Below, piece after piece: positions 34,961 to 48,109 of a stretch of DNA of 64,000 bases. The DNA is from Macrostomum lignano (lineage: Eukaryota). The notes beneath the pieces are model-generated. The model was not told the origin of the DNA and did no database searches. It was given only the letters and a program-made list of their open reading frames with translations. Location of the stretch: assembly GCA_002269645.1 (NCBI GenBank), contig NIVC01000059.1, positions 620,001 to 684,000 of the forward strand, read 5' to 3'. The translations under genes and the position numbers were made by a program. Position 1 is the first letter of the stretch, and every line of letters starts with the position of its first letter.

Positions 34961-36342
34961 CTGAAATAGTTTTGCAGTAAGTAATTTTTATGGTGAAGCA
35001 CTGAAAACATCCTGGATCCAAATTAATAGATATCTTAAAATCCTAAATTTTTGCAATATTATACATTACTGATACTTTCAATCAGAGTTTGGCAGACTTT
35101 GGTCCACATAGCTTCTTTATTTGACCATCAGGTTCCAGTTCTTTTAAACTTTACAATAGCGAATTGGCCTGCTCAAGGTTAGTCTCTTCTTTATACTTGT
35201 TTTGGCTCCTTTCTCTTATCTTCCCCTCTTTTCTCTAATAAATAATTTCCCTTTTTGCACTTTCCTCTCTTCCCCCTCCCATTTTTTCTTTACCATCTAT
35301 TTTCTCTGCTTTATTCTCTCTCTTCTCTTCTCTCTGGCTTATATTGGTAGAAATAGGATACCAATTTAGCATTAAAAGTATAAAAATATAAGCCAAATAT
35401 TTAGCATGATTTGACACATCATGACACAAAAAGCTGGCTACAAAGGACTTTAAAATACAAATTAATATATATTAGACTATTAATTAAATCTATATATAGA
35501 TATAGCTATAAACTTCAACTTAGGTATATAGTCTAGAAAATCTACATGCTACCAGAGAAAATTTAAATGTAGTTGTAGATAAGTAGGCCTAGTAACACAC
35601 CTTATAAAAAGTTATACATGAGATATAGTGCAGTGTATTCAAAATTTATGTCATGTCTAATGAATAGGTCTATCTATAGGTTGTCTAAAAGCTACTGTGT
35701 AGATATCTAAAAACTGTATGTTTTTCAAAAGAATTCTGATAGAAAACACAAATAGAAAAGAAATTTAATTAGGAGTTAGAGATGTCTATCTTTAAAGATA
35801 TATTTATAAAGCCTTAGCCGTTTAGAGTAAATTAAGACTAAGAGAAGATAAAATAAAGATAGGTCTATCCGTGCAATTAAAACACAAGCCACTAGCCTAG
35901 GTGAAGGACTGCCATGTATAGGCTATAAGCTTTCTAGCCTAGGCCTAATATTCAATATATTTAAAGTTTGGTAAGTAGGCCTATCAATCCTTTCCTATTT
36001 CCTTTGGGCACTTACCTAATATTTATCCATTTATACTAGGCCAGCAATGTCCTATTTTACTGTGTTAAATTATTTTGACCAAAATTTGAAATGAACTTGA
36101 ACAAAAGCAAGTTTATTAAAAGTTTAAAATGAGTCTTAGGTCTTAAAAGGAGTATTACATGGCATAGTAAAGTAATGTGTCAGCCAGTACAGAAAGTTGC
36201 CAAAGCTCTTTTTTGAGTAGAGTCGGGTAGAGAAACTGCATAGCTAGAGCTTCCTGAGTGGCTGCAGTTCGAATCCAGTCTATTTCAGCAACAAGTCATT
36301 TCGGCGACAACCATTTTGGCGACAAGTCATTTCGGCGACAAC

Positions 36343-36650
36343 TAGGGGGCGACCGGGACGGCCAAAGTCGGGCCCAGGTCGGGCCCGGGAATGAGGACTT
36401 GGGCCCAGGTCGGGCCTCGGGAATTCGGGACAAGATCTTTAGGACAGCTCAATAATTGGAAAAAAAATCATAATAAATCTTATTACTTTTAGCATATGCG
36501 GATTACTATTAAATATAATAAATATATTAATATATTAAATCTAATATAATATATTAAATGTATAATAAATATATGATAAACATTAAATATATTATAATAT
36601 ATAAATATATTAAATATATAATAATATATTAAATATATATAAAAAAAAGA
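36343..36650 (+). mobile_element. Truncated copy of the hAT-type element at 38950-40458
   Basis: Shares the left end TAGGGGGCGACCGGGACGGCCAAAGTCGGGCCC... and the following AT-rich segment; no right TIR found. Confidence 0.8.
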
Positions 36651-37040
36651 CAACCACTTCGGCGACAAACATTGAAACCGCAATAATAATGGATCTGATA
36701 GTGTTTGCTTATTGAGTATGTAACGTATTTGATTGCTCTACTTGTTAATGTATTCCTGTTAGGCCTATAGTATTTGTTTTAACATGTAATATAAATTAGC
36801 GAGTTTGGATCAGTTTGGTCCGCGCTCTATGTGCGTCAACCTCACCTGTCTTACTTATAAGTAGCATCGTTTGCCGTCACCAATATTTTATAACTAACTC
36901 TTTCGTTCTCTGCACTTTTCTTGTTTACATCGTCCAGTTCAGTATAGTTCTATCGTCATCGTATAGGGGTTTTTGATGGTGCTGATTTCAAATTTGAGCT
37001 CCATTTTTAGGTAGCTTTAACCCAATTATATGTAGCTTAA

Positions 37041-38095
37041 AACCAACCACCGGGGCATGGGGAATGGGGGGTTTTAGGGTGAGGAGATTCTTCATGGGGA
37101 TTGATTTTATCAACATTAACTTGAATAGAGGCATAGAGACCTATTCAAGATTGTGCTGATAAATTCCAATTCTAATAGGGGGGGGGGGGGTTGTAGCTTC
37201 AAACCAACCACTGGGGCATGGGGAATGGGGGGTTTTAGGGTGGGGAGATTCTTCATGGGGATTGATTTTATCAACATAAACTTGAATAGAGGCATAGAGA
37301 CCTATTCAAGATTGTGCTGATAAATTCCAATTCTAATAGGGGGGGGGGGGGGGTTGTAGCTTCAAACCAACCACCGGGGCATGGGGAATGGGCCATGGTC
37401 AGGAAGGTGCAGCGTGTGCGCCGGAATAACATCCATCAAAATTTTTGTTGTGCGCCGCGTGCGCCGAGAAAAAAAAATTACTTGTGCGCCATGCGCCGAG
37501 AAAAATACACTTGAAAAAGTACCATCAAGTATTAAGTATCTAAATTAAATCAATATCAATGGAAGTTCAAGCAGTTCAATCATGGCTTCTATTTGCAAAA
37601 TATAAGCAAAAAGACGCAACAAAAGCCGCGAAAGGCGCAAATTTGTTAAGTTTGTTAAGTCGATTAATGAAATTTGAAATAGAAACAACATTGGAAATAA
37701 CGACTATCGTATCGACTATCGTTTATTTTATTGATTGATTGACATTTAATATACGTTTTTTATTATTCATTGTTATATTGTCACGTACACTGACGTACCT
37801 TGTGCGCCATGCGCCGAGCCATGCACCGATGCACCGAGCCATGCGCCGATGCGCCGAGCCCATGCGCGCGGCGCAGTGAAGTGTGCGCCGTGCGCCGGCA
37901 AATTGCTGATTTGCGCCGGAAAATTCCGAGGATTCTACCGTCTTCCTGGCTGTGGGGAATGGGGGGTTTTAGGGTGGGGAGATTCTTCATGGGGATTGAT
38001 TTTATCAACATAAACTTGAATAGAGGCATAGAGACCTATTCAAGATTGTGTTGATAAATTCCAATTCTAATAGGGGGGGGGGGAGTTGAAACAAG
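37041..38095. repeat. About 162-bp tandem repeat with poly-G tracts, interrupted by a MITE
   Basis: Units start near 37041, 37202 and 37365; the third resumes at 37956 after the insertion. Confidence 0.85.
37393..37955. mobile_element. 563-bp non-autonomous hAT-like MITE, copy 1
   Basis: Imperfect TIR CCATGGTCAGGAAG / CCACAGCCAGGAAG; 8-bp TSD GGAATGGG at 37385-37392 and 37956-37963. Confidence 0.9.
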
Positions 38096-38949
38096 TTGGA
38101 ATTTATTTGATAATGAATCTCTGTTTAATTATATCAATATAAACTTGAATCAACATAACTTTATCTAAATGAATTTGCTTCCCGAAATTAAGTGTTGTTA
38201 CTGCCTTAATACAATAGAATTAGTAATCTAGCCTTGTACAGTAGTTGGTTATGAGGTGCGAAATACAAGTGCAAGTTTTGAACGTTGCTTTGGCTGGGTG
38301 CAATGAAAGTGCAAGTGCAAAGATTGAGCAGGTTGTGACGTGACAGTTTTTAAAAAAAGCACACAGTGACATGGCACTGTCTATGCATTATAACTAAATT
38401 GAAAAACTATAATCCGCAAACATAAAAAACATTTGCATATTAATTTGTAGATATTAATATTCATCTTTAATTGGCCTAATGAAGTTCTAGCACATGTGCC
38501 ATAAAATTAAAAGTCAAGTGGATACACTTTCAAAAATGTTTTTGTAGAAACTTTTTCTTACCGAACCTCATTAAGAGAAGAGAATAGGGAATAAAGTAAA
38601 TCGTCATTGCATCAACCGTACAGGTAACTTTCTACACTTTTTTTGCATTTTTGTAATTTTGGGTGCCCTATAAGTCTCCACCACAAGTTTCAGAAAAATC
38701 GAAAAATCGGAAGTATTTTATCAACATAAACTTGAAGAAGTCCCTAACAATTTTTATGCCAAAAAATAAAAAACCTAAAAACCTGCCTTTTTTAAACCTT
38801 CCAAAAGAAAAATAGCCTGTTTGTCTTGTCCTACTACTACTAGAGTAGGCTGGCTTTGTCCTTAAAATCTAGGCCTACCCCTTTGCATAGCTTAGAGCCT
38901 AGGCTATATAGAGTACAGTCAAGCCAAAAAATAGGCATAGGCCTATGTA

Positions 38950-40458
38950 TAGGGGGCGACCGGGACGGCCAAAGTCGGGCCCGGGTTGGGCCCGGGAATG
39001 AGGACTCGGGCCCGGGTCGGGCCTCGGGAATTCGGGACAAGATCTTTAGGACAGCTCAATAATTGGAAAAAAATCATAATAAATCTTAACACTTTTAGCA
39101 TATGCGGATTACTATTAAATATAATAAATATATTAATATATTAAATCTAATATAATATATTAAATGTATAATAAATATATGATAAACATTAAATATATTA
39201 TAATATATAAATATATAATAATATATATTATATATAAATATAATATATTATATTAAATATATAATAAATATTATTTTTATTTAATACATTAGTTAAGACT
39301 TCAGAATAGATAAGAGTTACATTAAAAGACTTAATACTCAAATATCAATATACTCAATAGTTCAAATTCAATGTCACTATGTGGCACAAGTACTGTGTGT
39401 GTGCCAGTGACAGTGATACTAACACTTAACAGGCAGTGAGGTAGGCAAGCAGGCACTGCGGTAGTGCGGCTAGCACTGGCAGTGGCAGTAAGCAAAAAGA
39501 AGAAAAGCTGAAGCATTAAGTGTAAGGCACTTGGCATTGGAAGCAGTAAGGAAGTAAGAACCAAATAAATTGATTGATTCTTTTATTTGAATTTTTAGTT
39601 CCTTTACATAGCTTCAATGTAAAGAGCCATGTACACAGTCAGTATTCAGTAAGACAACAAGACAAGATAACAGAACAGAACACAAGTGAAGTGACAACAC
39701 AACACAACACTCAACTGTCTCAACAGAACAGGCAAACAGACAATGGAAATACAAGTAATTAGCTGATACCTGCCTACCTGCTCACCTACCTACCTAAACG
39801 AATATGATTACGAATACGATACTATGAGTCTACAACTACAACTACCTACGAATACAATACAAATATGAACACGATTACAAACTCTGATAGATAGCAAACT
39901 TCTTGGAAAAATGGTAGCCTTGGCCCTTAATAGGTACTTCTTGGAATGTAAATAGGAAATGTTATTTACAAAAGCTTAAAAATGACAAATCAACTTTTTA
40001 AAGAATCATATTTTTGCTTTTAGGCTGCAGCCTGCAGTGTGTAAAGTGGAATCAATATTGCATCAACTATGTTTTAATTTTATCTTCCTGGAAAAAATCC
40101 GATCTTCCTGGAAAGTGGAAACTGGCTGTGGCTGACGCTCACGGTCACAGACGCTCATGCTTAGAGCCTACTACGAATCAATGATATTGCTACTTCACAT
40201 CATATCATCTATTACTATTACTGCAGTCGTGCAGTGCTTGAGTCTTGAGTGCTGATGCAATGCTTAACTGAGTGTTGTGCTATGCTATGAATAAAAATAA
40301 TTTTATTCTTATTTGCACGCGGTTAGTGCCTTGAGGGAAAAAAGACTTGTCCTGATTTCTCGACTTTTTTAGGGTTGGGCCCGGGCCCGAATCGGGCCAC
40401 GATTTTGGTTGGGATTCCCGACTTTTCGGGCCCGGGCCCGGGACTGGGTCGCCCCCTA
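38950..40458. mobile_element. 1509-bp non-autonomous hAT-type DNA transposon
   Basis: 12-bp TIR TAGGGGGCGACC at both ends; 8-bp TSD CCTATGTA at 38942-38949 and 40459-40466; subterminal GGGCCC repeats; no transposase ORF. Confidence 0.9.
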
Positions 40459-40799
40459 CCTATGTATGAAATACAGTATGGTCCAACTTTTTTTGGCTAA
40501 GGCTAGGTTGACTGGGTCTGGTTCTATCCCTGATCCAATTTATGAAATTGAAATTTACTATTACTATTATTAATAGCAAAATTTAGAGTTAGGGCTTCTT
40601 ATTGATAATATAGGGGTGTAGCTTTATTGGCTTTAGATCTAGACCTAATTTTCTGTTTGGAAGTGTCCATCTAGCATTGCCAATGTCAATAGGTTATCTT
40701 ACACAGAATGCATCTATAATATAAATTATACGCCTAATATCTAATTCCAACTTAATAATTGAAAAATGAAGGCCAACACCAATATAGGCCTATATGTAA

Positions 40800-41284
40800 A
40801 TTTTTATTATAGCCAATGTGTTTTGACACAAGCAGTCATCTTCAGGGCTTGCACTCATGGTTCACAATTCCATATATTTAAATAAATAAAAAAATAAAAA
40901 ACTATATAGGGCAATAGATGAATTGGTTCAGTCCAATCGAGAATTGTATATTAAAAGACAAAAATAAATTCAATTATTAGACCATCACACAGAACAAAAA
41001 ACACAGAGCAAACAATATTGGCAGGAAAGAGCTGCAAACCCACACCAAGCCTAGAAAACTGTGAGCTGTAAATTGGCTCCTCCACCTGCAAGCTGAGTAT
41101 TCAGACTAGGTTTATGATGCTTAATGTACAAGGTTTCTAGCACTTTGAGTTTGCCATCAAATTTATATATATCTAGAACAATGAAAAGCTCAGTTGGCTC
41201 ATGTTCGCAACAAGCATTACAACTAAGCAAATGATCATGCATAGCAGAGTTATTCATTCTATGCTCCTTAGCCCTAGTATGCAT
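40800..41284 (-). mobile_element. Penelope-like element 3' remnant: GIY-YIG endonuclease C-terminus plus decayed hammerhead
   Basis: ORF 41051-41284 (RAKEH...SAMHDHLLSC...F.VL...LKVLETLYIKHHKPSLNTQ) fits the PLE endonuclease tail. A hammerhead-like motif lies at 40811-40849. Confidence 0.75.
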
Positions 41285-42353
41285 ATAATATATACTAGTG
41301 ATATATATAATATACTAAGATATTATACACTAAGCATATTTTTAAATCTATTGCCTAGATACATCAAAATTTTCTAGCATATATATAAGATTTAAGAATG
41401 GAAGATATTTGTCAAAGGGCTAGGCCTAAAATGCTTTTTGTTATTTTTTTGTCATAGTCTGTTATCAAATTGCCCAACCCAAACCAAACAATTAATTGGG
41501 TTTTTTAAAGGGCTAAGAATAAGAAAGAGCCTAAGGGCCTATCAACTTAAGCTCATATACATAAAGTAGAGCCCAAGTAACCTATATAACAAATGATATG
41601 TCATTTTGTTCACAATGACACCAAGAAGCTGCATTTGGCAAAAATCAACAAAAATTAGACTTGGTAGAATAAGCAAGGGGATACTTATAGATTATTATGT
41701 TAACTTAAGTTTATAAAGTGGAGTCCCTAATTATCCCCTTGCTTGTTGTCCTTTATCCTAACCCAAGTCTAATTATTGTTGCCTTTTTGATAAACCTAGC
41801 TTGCTAATATCACTGTAAGGAGAATGATAGGCCTATCATTTGTGTACATAGCTTGATAGAGTAGGTTAATTAGGTTCTACTTTATGGGCTTAAGTTGACA
41901 AGCACTTTTTATAGTATTGTATTAATATATATAGCTCTCTGGTTTCAGGGGCAGATTTAATGTGGGGGGGGGGGTAGGAGGGCAGCTACTCTATACAAAG
42001 AGTATAAGTTATGACTTATGAGACTGCACTTAAACTAAACCTACTTTTCAATTTAGGGGGCAATTTCAAAATTCAGAATATATGTATATACACTTTATGC
42101 ATAAAAACCCAGTTTTTAATGCTTGAAAAAAATTATCCAGCATCTATCATTTAACAAATTTATAAATGTCACAAATAGTTTTAGGATGTTTACTACAGAA
42201 TTTCCAATAGTTTTTTAAGAACTGGACTTTGATTAAAATTGAATGTGAAAATGTGTATTATTATTTATAAATTCAATATTATTATTTGGTTTAGTTGTAA
42301 TTTTATATGAACTAGTTTTAGCCTACAACTTTCCTTTGCAGCAATATTCAAAT

Positions 42354-45300
42354 ATGACCAATTGCAAAGAGAACCAAAATACTCTTCAAGCAGTAGACAT
42401 GTCAGCAACAATAGAATCTGAGCATGATCTCTGGCTTGATACATTAGCTAATGTTGGTCTATTATGTGATCAGCCTCAACTAGCTAATCCTATTAGCTGC
42501 CCAAGGCCAAAAGCTATTGATGGTCATCTCTGTCTAACTGTAGATGAATCAGTACAATTAAGGTTGTCTGTTAATGCCCTGGCTGAACAGGTAAATCAGC
42601 CAATAGTGCTTTGTTATTGTGTGCAGCAATAAATTTATTCCATTCACTAATCATTCGGCCTAAGTCCTATTTAAGATTCTAATTAAGTCAAGTCATATAT
42701 TCAAAACACTTAAAAGGCCAATCCGATTTAAAAGCTAATAAAGCCTATCAGTTTTTGGTCATTCCATCACAATGTCATTCTTTTTCTATGTCATACCCTC
42801 TCAAGGTCAAGGTCATTAACTTCCAAGGTCATTCCTTCTCAAGGTCGTGTCATATAAGATCGTTTCCTTTCAAGGTCATTCGCTTTCAAGGGTATTCCCT
42901 CTCATGATCATTCCCATTCAAAATTGTTTCCTTTCAAGGTCATTTCCTCAGGGTCGCGCAATTTAGGATCATCTGATTAATCTCCTTTCAAGGTCATTCT
43001 TTCTCAAGGTAATTCCCTCTATATCATTGCCATTTAAGATCGTTTCTTTTCACAGTCATTACTCATTTCCCAATTCAAGGCCATTCCTTTTCAAAATCGC
43101 AACATAACCGCTGTCAAACCCACCCAACCCAGGCGGCTGAGCGCTGTCGCCAATTGACTCGCCTCCTAGCCGATCTCGAACTGCATCGCAATCGTTCTGC
43201 CGCTCTCGATCGGGCTTTAAAAATTCTCGGACTTCATCGGCCAGTGGAACTGGACGGCGCCCTGTCCGATCTGCTGTCCATCTCGGACGCGTACGCAGCC
43301 GCGTTGCCAGTGTTGGACGCCGCCAAGGCTGTCGTGTTTGACGACTATGCAGATAATTTAATCGCTGACAATCTTGGGCAAGCCAGACAGGTCGACAGCG
43401 ACGATGTTCAGTCGCATCGGCATAGCAACGCGGAGCTGCTGGTCGAGCTAGAGCAACGACGACAACAACATCGGCGACACCAGCATCATCGTCGGGATCA
43501 ACAACGATCGCGGCGACGATGCAACAGCGAAGGCGGCCGAGGAAAGCAGCGTGCCAGTATTGGCTCAGAATTTGGTAGTTGATCGTATTTGTTGGTTTAT
43601 AGTGTATATAGTTGTTGAAAATTTTAAGCACCTGTAGTTAATAATATTTGTCACTCCTTTTTGAGGTCAATCTTTTTAAGATCAGCGTTATTCAAGGTCA
43701 ATTTTATTCATGTTATTTCCTTTTAAAGTAAACCTTATTCAAGGTCATTCCACTTCAAGGTCATTTCCATTCAATGTCATTCCATTTCAATGTCATTTCA
43801 AGGTCAACCGTATTCAAGGTCAACCTTATTCAATGTCATTTCATTCAAGGTCAACCTTATTCAAAGTAATTCCATTTCAAGGTCATTTCCATTCAATGTC
43901 ATTCCATTTCAATGTCATTTCAAGGTCAACCGTATTCAAGGTCAACCTTATTCAAGGTCATTTCATTCAAGGTCAACCTTATTCAAAGTAATTCCATTTC
44001 AAGGTCATTTCCATTCAATGTCATATTCCATTTCAATGTCATTTCAAGGTCAACCGTATTCAAGGTCAACCTTATTCAATGTCATTTCATTCAAGGTCAA
44101 CCTTATTCAAAGTAATTCCATTTCAAGGTCATTTCCATTCAATGTCATATTCCATTTCAATGTCATTTCAAGGTCAACCGTATTCAAGGTCAACCTTATT
44201 CAATGTCATTTCATTCAAGGTCAACCTTATTCAAAGTAATTCCATTTCAAGGTCATTTATATGCAATGTCCTTTCGATTAAAGGTCAGCGGTTATCAAGG
44301 TCAACCTTATTTAAGATCATTCCATTTCAAGGGCCCATTTCCATTCAAGGCCAACCTTTTCAAGGTCATTTTAGTTTAATTTTGTTCTTAAATAAGACTT
44401 TGAGAGTTTTTAAGGTTCAATCCTAGCGTAGTTGAATTCTCGCTGGCTGTTATTGTACTGATATAATGAATGCTTATTAATTATTAACTTCATTATTACT
44501 CCATAACCAACAGACGAAGGTCAACTAAGAGACAAGAATATTGGGTCAAGTTTGGTTATGACCCCAACAGAGGCTGATCAGTTTGTTCGACATTTTGCTC
44601 GTCTATTCGACACGCCAACGGCACTGCCAGCCTGCGAGGCGAGGCTCAGCCTGCTGCACAGGCGGGTGAACGAGTGCGACTCATTGATGAGTGAGTGCCG
44701 TAATAGTAAATGTAGTCTTTTCCTTATTCAATGTAAATCTTTTTCAAGGTCAAGTCTTATTCAAAGTCAAATCTTATTTAAGGTCGTCTTATTCAAGGTC
44801 ATGTATTTTCGGGGTCAAGTCTTATTCAAGGTCATGTCTTATTCAAGGTCATGTCTTATTCAAGGTCAAATCTTATTCAAGGTCAAGTCTTATTCAAGAT
44901 CATGTCTTATTCAAGGTCAATATTATTTAACTAAGGTCATGTTTTATTCAAGGTATGTTTTATTCAAGGTCATGCCTTATTCAAGGTCAAGTCTTATTTC
45001 AAGGTGAATCTTATTCAAGGTCGTGTCTTTTTCAAGGTCATGTCTCATTCAATGTCACCTGCTTCTTTTGGCAATCTTAATTTTTCGTTTTCCTTCACCC
45101 CCCTGTGCCTAGACAACCTGCGCGACACTCTTCGCCTTCCTAGCAACAGTTCGTCCCGAGCCGTGGCCGCCGCTGTAGAGCGCCTGGCAACGACGCGCGA
45201 ATCCGAAGCGCGCGACTGTCTGGCGCGTCTTCTCGGCCCGGACGAAATTTCTGGTTTAGCCAGCCGGCTGGCCGAGTACGACCGGTTTTTCGGTCAGTTT

Positions 45301-45468
45301 ACCGGCCTGGTTGGCGAGTTGCGCGAGGAACTGGGCGTCAGTCGGATGTCGCATATTCTGCCAGCTGTGCGCGCCTGCGCCAGGGTGGCCCGCGCTGCCG
45401 GCTGGGACGGCGGCGGCACTGGGGGCGGTCGTCGAGGCAGCAGGCAGCAGATTAACGGAATCGACTAA
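42354..45468 (+). CDS. CEP70: CEP70-like centrosomal protein, 4 exons, about 403 aa
   Basis: Exons 42354-42590, 43133-43574, 44514-44690, 45113-45468 with phases 0,1,1. The C-terminus (VRHFARLFD...NLRDTLRL...LLGPDEISGLASRLAEYDRFFGQF...ILPAVR) matches the recalled CEP70 C-terminal domain (VSHFQKLFD...VLGPEDL...EHEEFFPAF...IVPAVK). Start could be 42354 or 42399. Confidence 0.78.
42740..45050. repeat. TCAAGGTCA-based repeats in all three CEP70-like introns
   Basis: Degenerate in 42740-43090, about 122-bp higher-order units in 43690-44420, and about 19-bp TTATTCAAGGTCA units in 44740-45050. Confidence 0.9.
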
Positions 45469-46484
45469 TTGTGTGCATTGAAATTTGTATGTCCATATTA
45501 TTTAACTGAGGATTATGGTTATTCTTTGTTTTTGTTAGAGTTGTTATTCTAAGAAATTTTTGTTAGTCAATTCTACTTATGCTATGATAGCAATTTTAAC
45601 GTAACGGCGATTCTAGGAAATTGAATTGCGATTCTATGAAATTACTGTTGGGCGATTCTAAGACTTATTGATGAGCGATCGTATTGTAGGAAAGTATTGA
45701 TAAGCGATCGATTTCTAGGAAAGTATTGAGGAGCGATTCTAGGAAAGTTTTAGCTTTAGACTCAAATTCTAAGCATTTGAGTGATTTGTCTCGCACTTAG
45801 ACAACTAGAGTTTGTTGAGGCTGGTCCCAAAACACGAATTTTATATGTTGTAATTAATATGTATCGCATTTACCTTCATGTGTTGTAAAATATAACACTA
45901 TAAAAAGTTAATAATACACATGCGTAATATACAGAAATTTTTTATTACAGTTGGGTTTTATTTATTTCAACTAATTGCTTTATATTTAAAAAGTTAAATC
46001 AAGTCCCGGTACATGGATTGAGTTCACAAGATCAAGCCCACAACAGTATGTTATTGCACTTATAGTTATAGTAGCTGAAACTACATGTAACAGCGAACGT
46101 GCCATATTGAACGGGAGTTTAAATGATTGAAAGAAATATCTTTACAAAACATGAAAATATGTTTAAAACATCTAGTACTGTACTGTAATGAGTGTTGTCA
46201 AGCTAGTTGAGAAAAAAACAGCGATATGCTCCTTGTGTGACTTTGTCATTCCCGACTGCATCTGCTGCCGCACCGAGTAGCTCAAAGTAGTATGTGTCGA
46301 GTGTAATCGTGTGAATAATTATGATATATCGAACAGGCACATTTTGTAATTCATGACGAGCGATAGCATAACAAAAGTGGCGAGTAATTAGTTTTATGCA
46401 TAATAATAATAACAGTTTCTAAATTCAAGCTTTCATATTTTGCGTTACTACGCTGCACAATTCATCACCGATCTTACAGATCTA

Positions 46485-47740
46485 GAGCCATAGGACGATT
46501 CTCATCATGAGATCGAGAGCTATAGGACGATTCTCATCATGAGATCTTGAGCTATAGGACGATTCTCATGAGATTTTGAGCTATAGGACAATTCTCATCA
46601 TGAGATCGAGAGCTATAGGACGATTCTCATTATGATATCGAGAGCTATAGGACGATTCTCATCATGAGATCGAGAGCTATAGGACGATTCTCATCATGAG
46701 ATCGAGAGCTATAGGACGATTCTCATCATGAGATCTTGAGCTATGGGACGATTCTCATCATGAGATCGAGAGCTATAGGACGATTCTCATCATGAGATCG
46801 AGAGCTATAGGACGATTCTCATCATGAGATCGAGAGCTATAGGACGATTCTCATCATGAGATCGAGAGCTATAGGACTATTCTCATCATGAGATCGAGAG
46901 CTATAGGACGATTCTCATCATGATATCGAGAGCTATAGGACGATTCTCATTATTATATCGAGAGCTATAGGACGATTCTCATCATGAGATCTTGAGCTAT
47001 AGGACGATTCTCATCATGAGATCGAGAGCTATAGGACGATTCTCATCATGATATCGAGAGCCATAGGACGATTCTCATCATGATATCGAGAGCTATAGGA
47101 CGATTCTCATCATGAGATCTTGAGCTATAGGACGATTCTCATCATGAGATCGAGAGCTATAGGACGATTCTCATCATGATATCGAGAGCTATAGGACGAT
47201 TCTCATCATGAGATCTTGAGCTATAGGACGATTCTCATCATGAGATCGAGAGCTATAGGACGATTCTCATCATGAGATCTTGAGCTATAGGACGATTCTC
47301 ATCATGAGATCTTGAGCTATAGGACGATTCTCATCATGAGATCGAGAGCTATAGGACGATTCTCATCATGAGATCGAGAGCTATAGGACGATTCTCATTA
47401 TGAGATCGAGAGCTATAGGACGATTCTCATCATGAGATCGAGAGCTATAGGACGATTCTCATCATGAGATCGAGAGCTATATAGGACTATTCTCATCATG
47501 AGATCTTGAGCTATAGGACGATTTTCATCATGAGAACTAGAGCTATAGGACGATTCTCATCATGAGATCGAGAGCTATAGGACGATTCTCATCATGAGAA
47601 CTAGAGCTATAGGACGATTCTCATCATGAGATCGAGAGCTATATAGGACTATTCTCATCATGAAATCTAGAGCTATAGGACGATTCTCATCATGAGATCT
47701 TGAGCTATAGGACGATTCTCATCATGAAATCTAGAGCTTT
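46485..47740. repeat. 32-bp minisatellite GAGCTATAGGACGATTCTCATCATGAGATCGA
   Basis: About 39 copies, intergenic. Confidence 0.97.
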
Positions 47741-48109
47741 AGGGAATTTCTTATTATAAGACCTATAGGCATAGATAAATTCTCATAAAAGCTAGATTTA
47801 AATTTGACAAACAATATTACGAGACATAATATGACATCAAAGACAGACTTCCAATACAAAATACAAGGAACGCATCTGCTCAATCAAAAGTACATTAGTC
47901 AGTCAGACACAAAAAAGGAAAGACCGATTGGTCAACTGCAAAAGTGAACTTTCTTGTTAAAAAGGCATAGACACAAAAGCTGTTATCGAATCGAACTTTA
48001 TAAACTACAATTGAGTTTATAAAAAGTATGACAATTATAATTGTTAAATGAAATTACAAATAATTGATGTGTTGTTTTGGTGGCAGCATTCGAGTGAAAT
48101 ACAGTCTGT

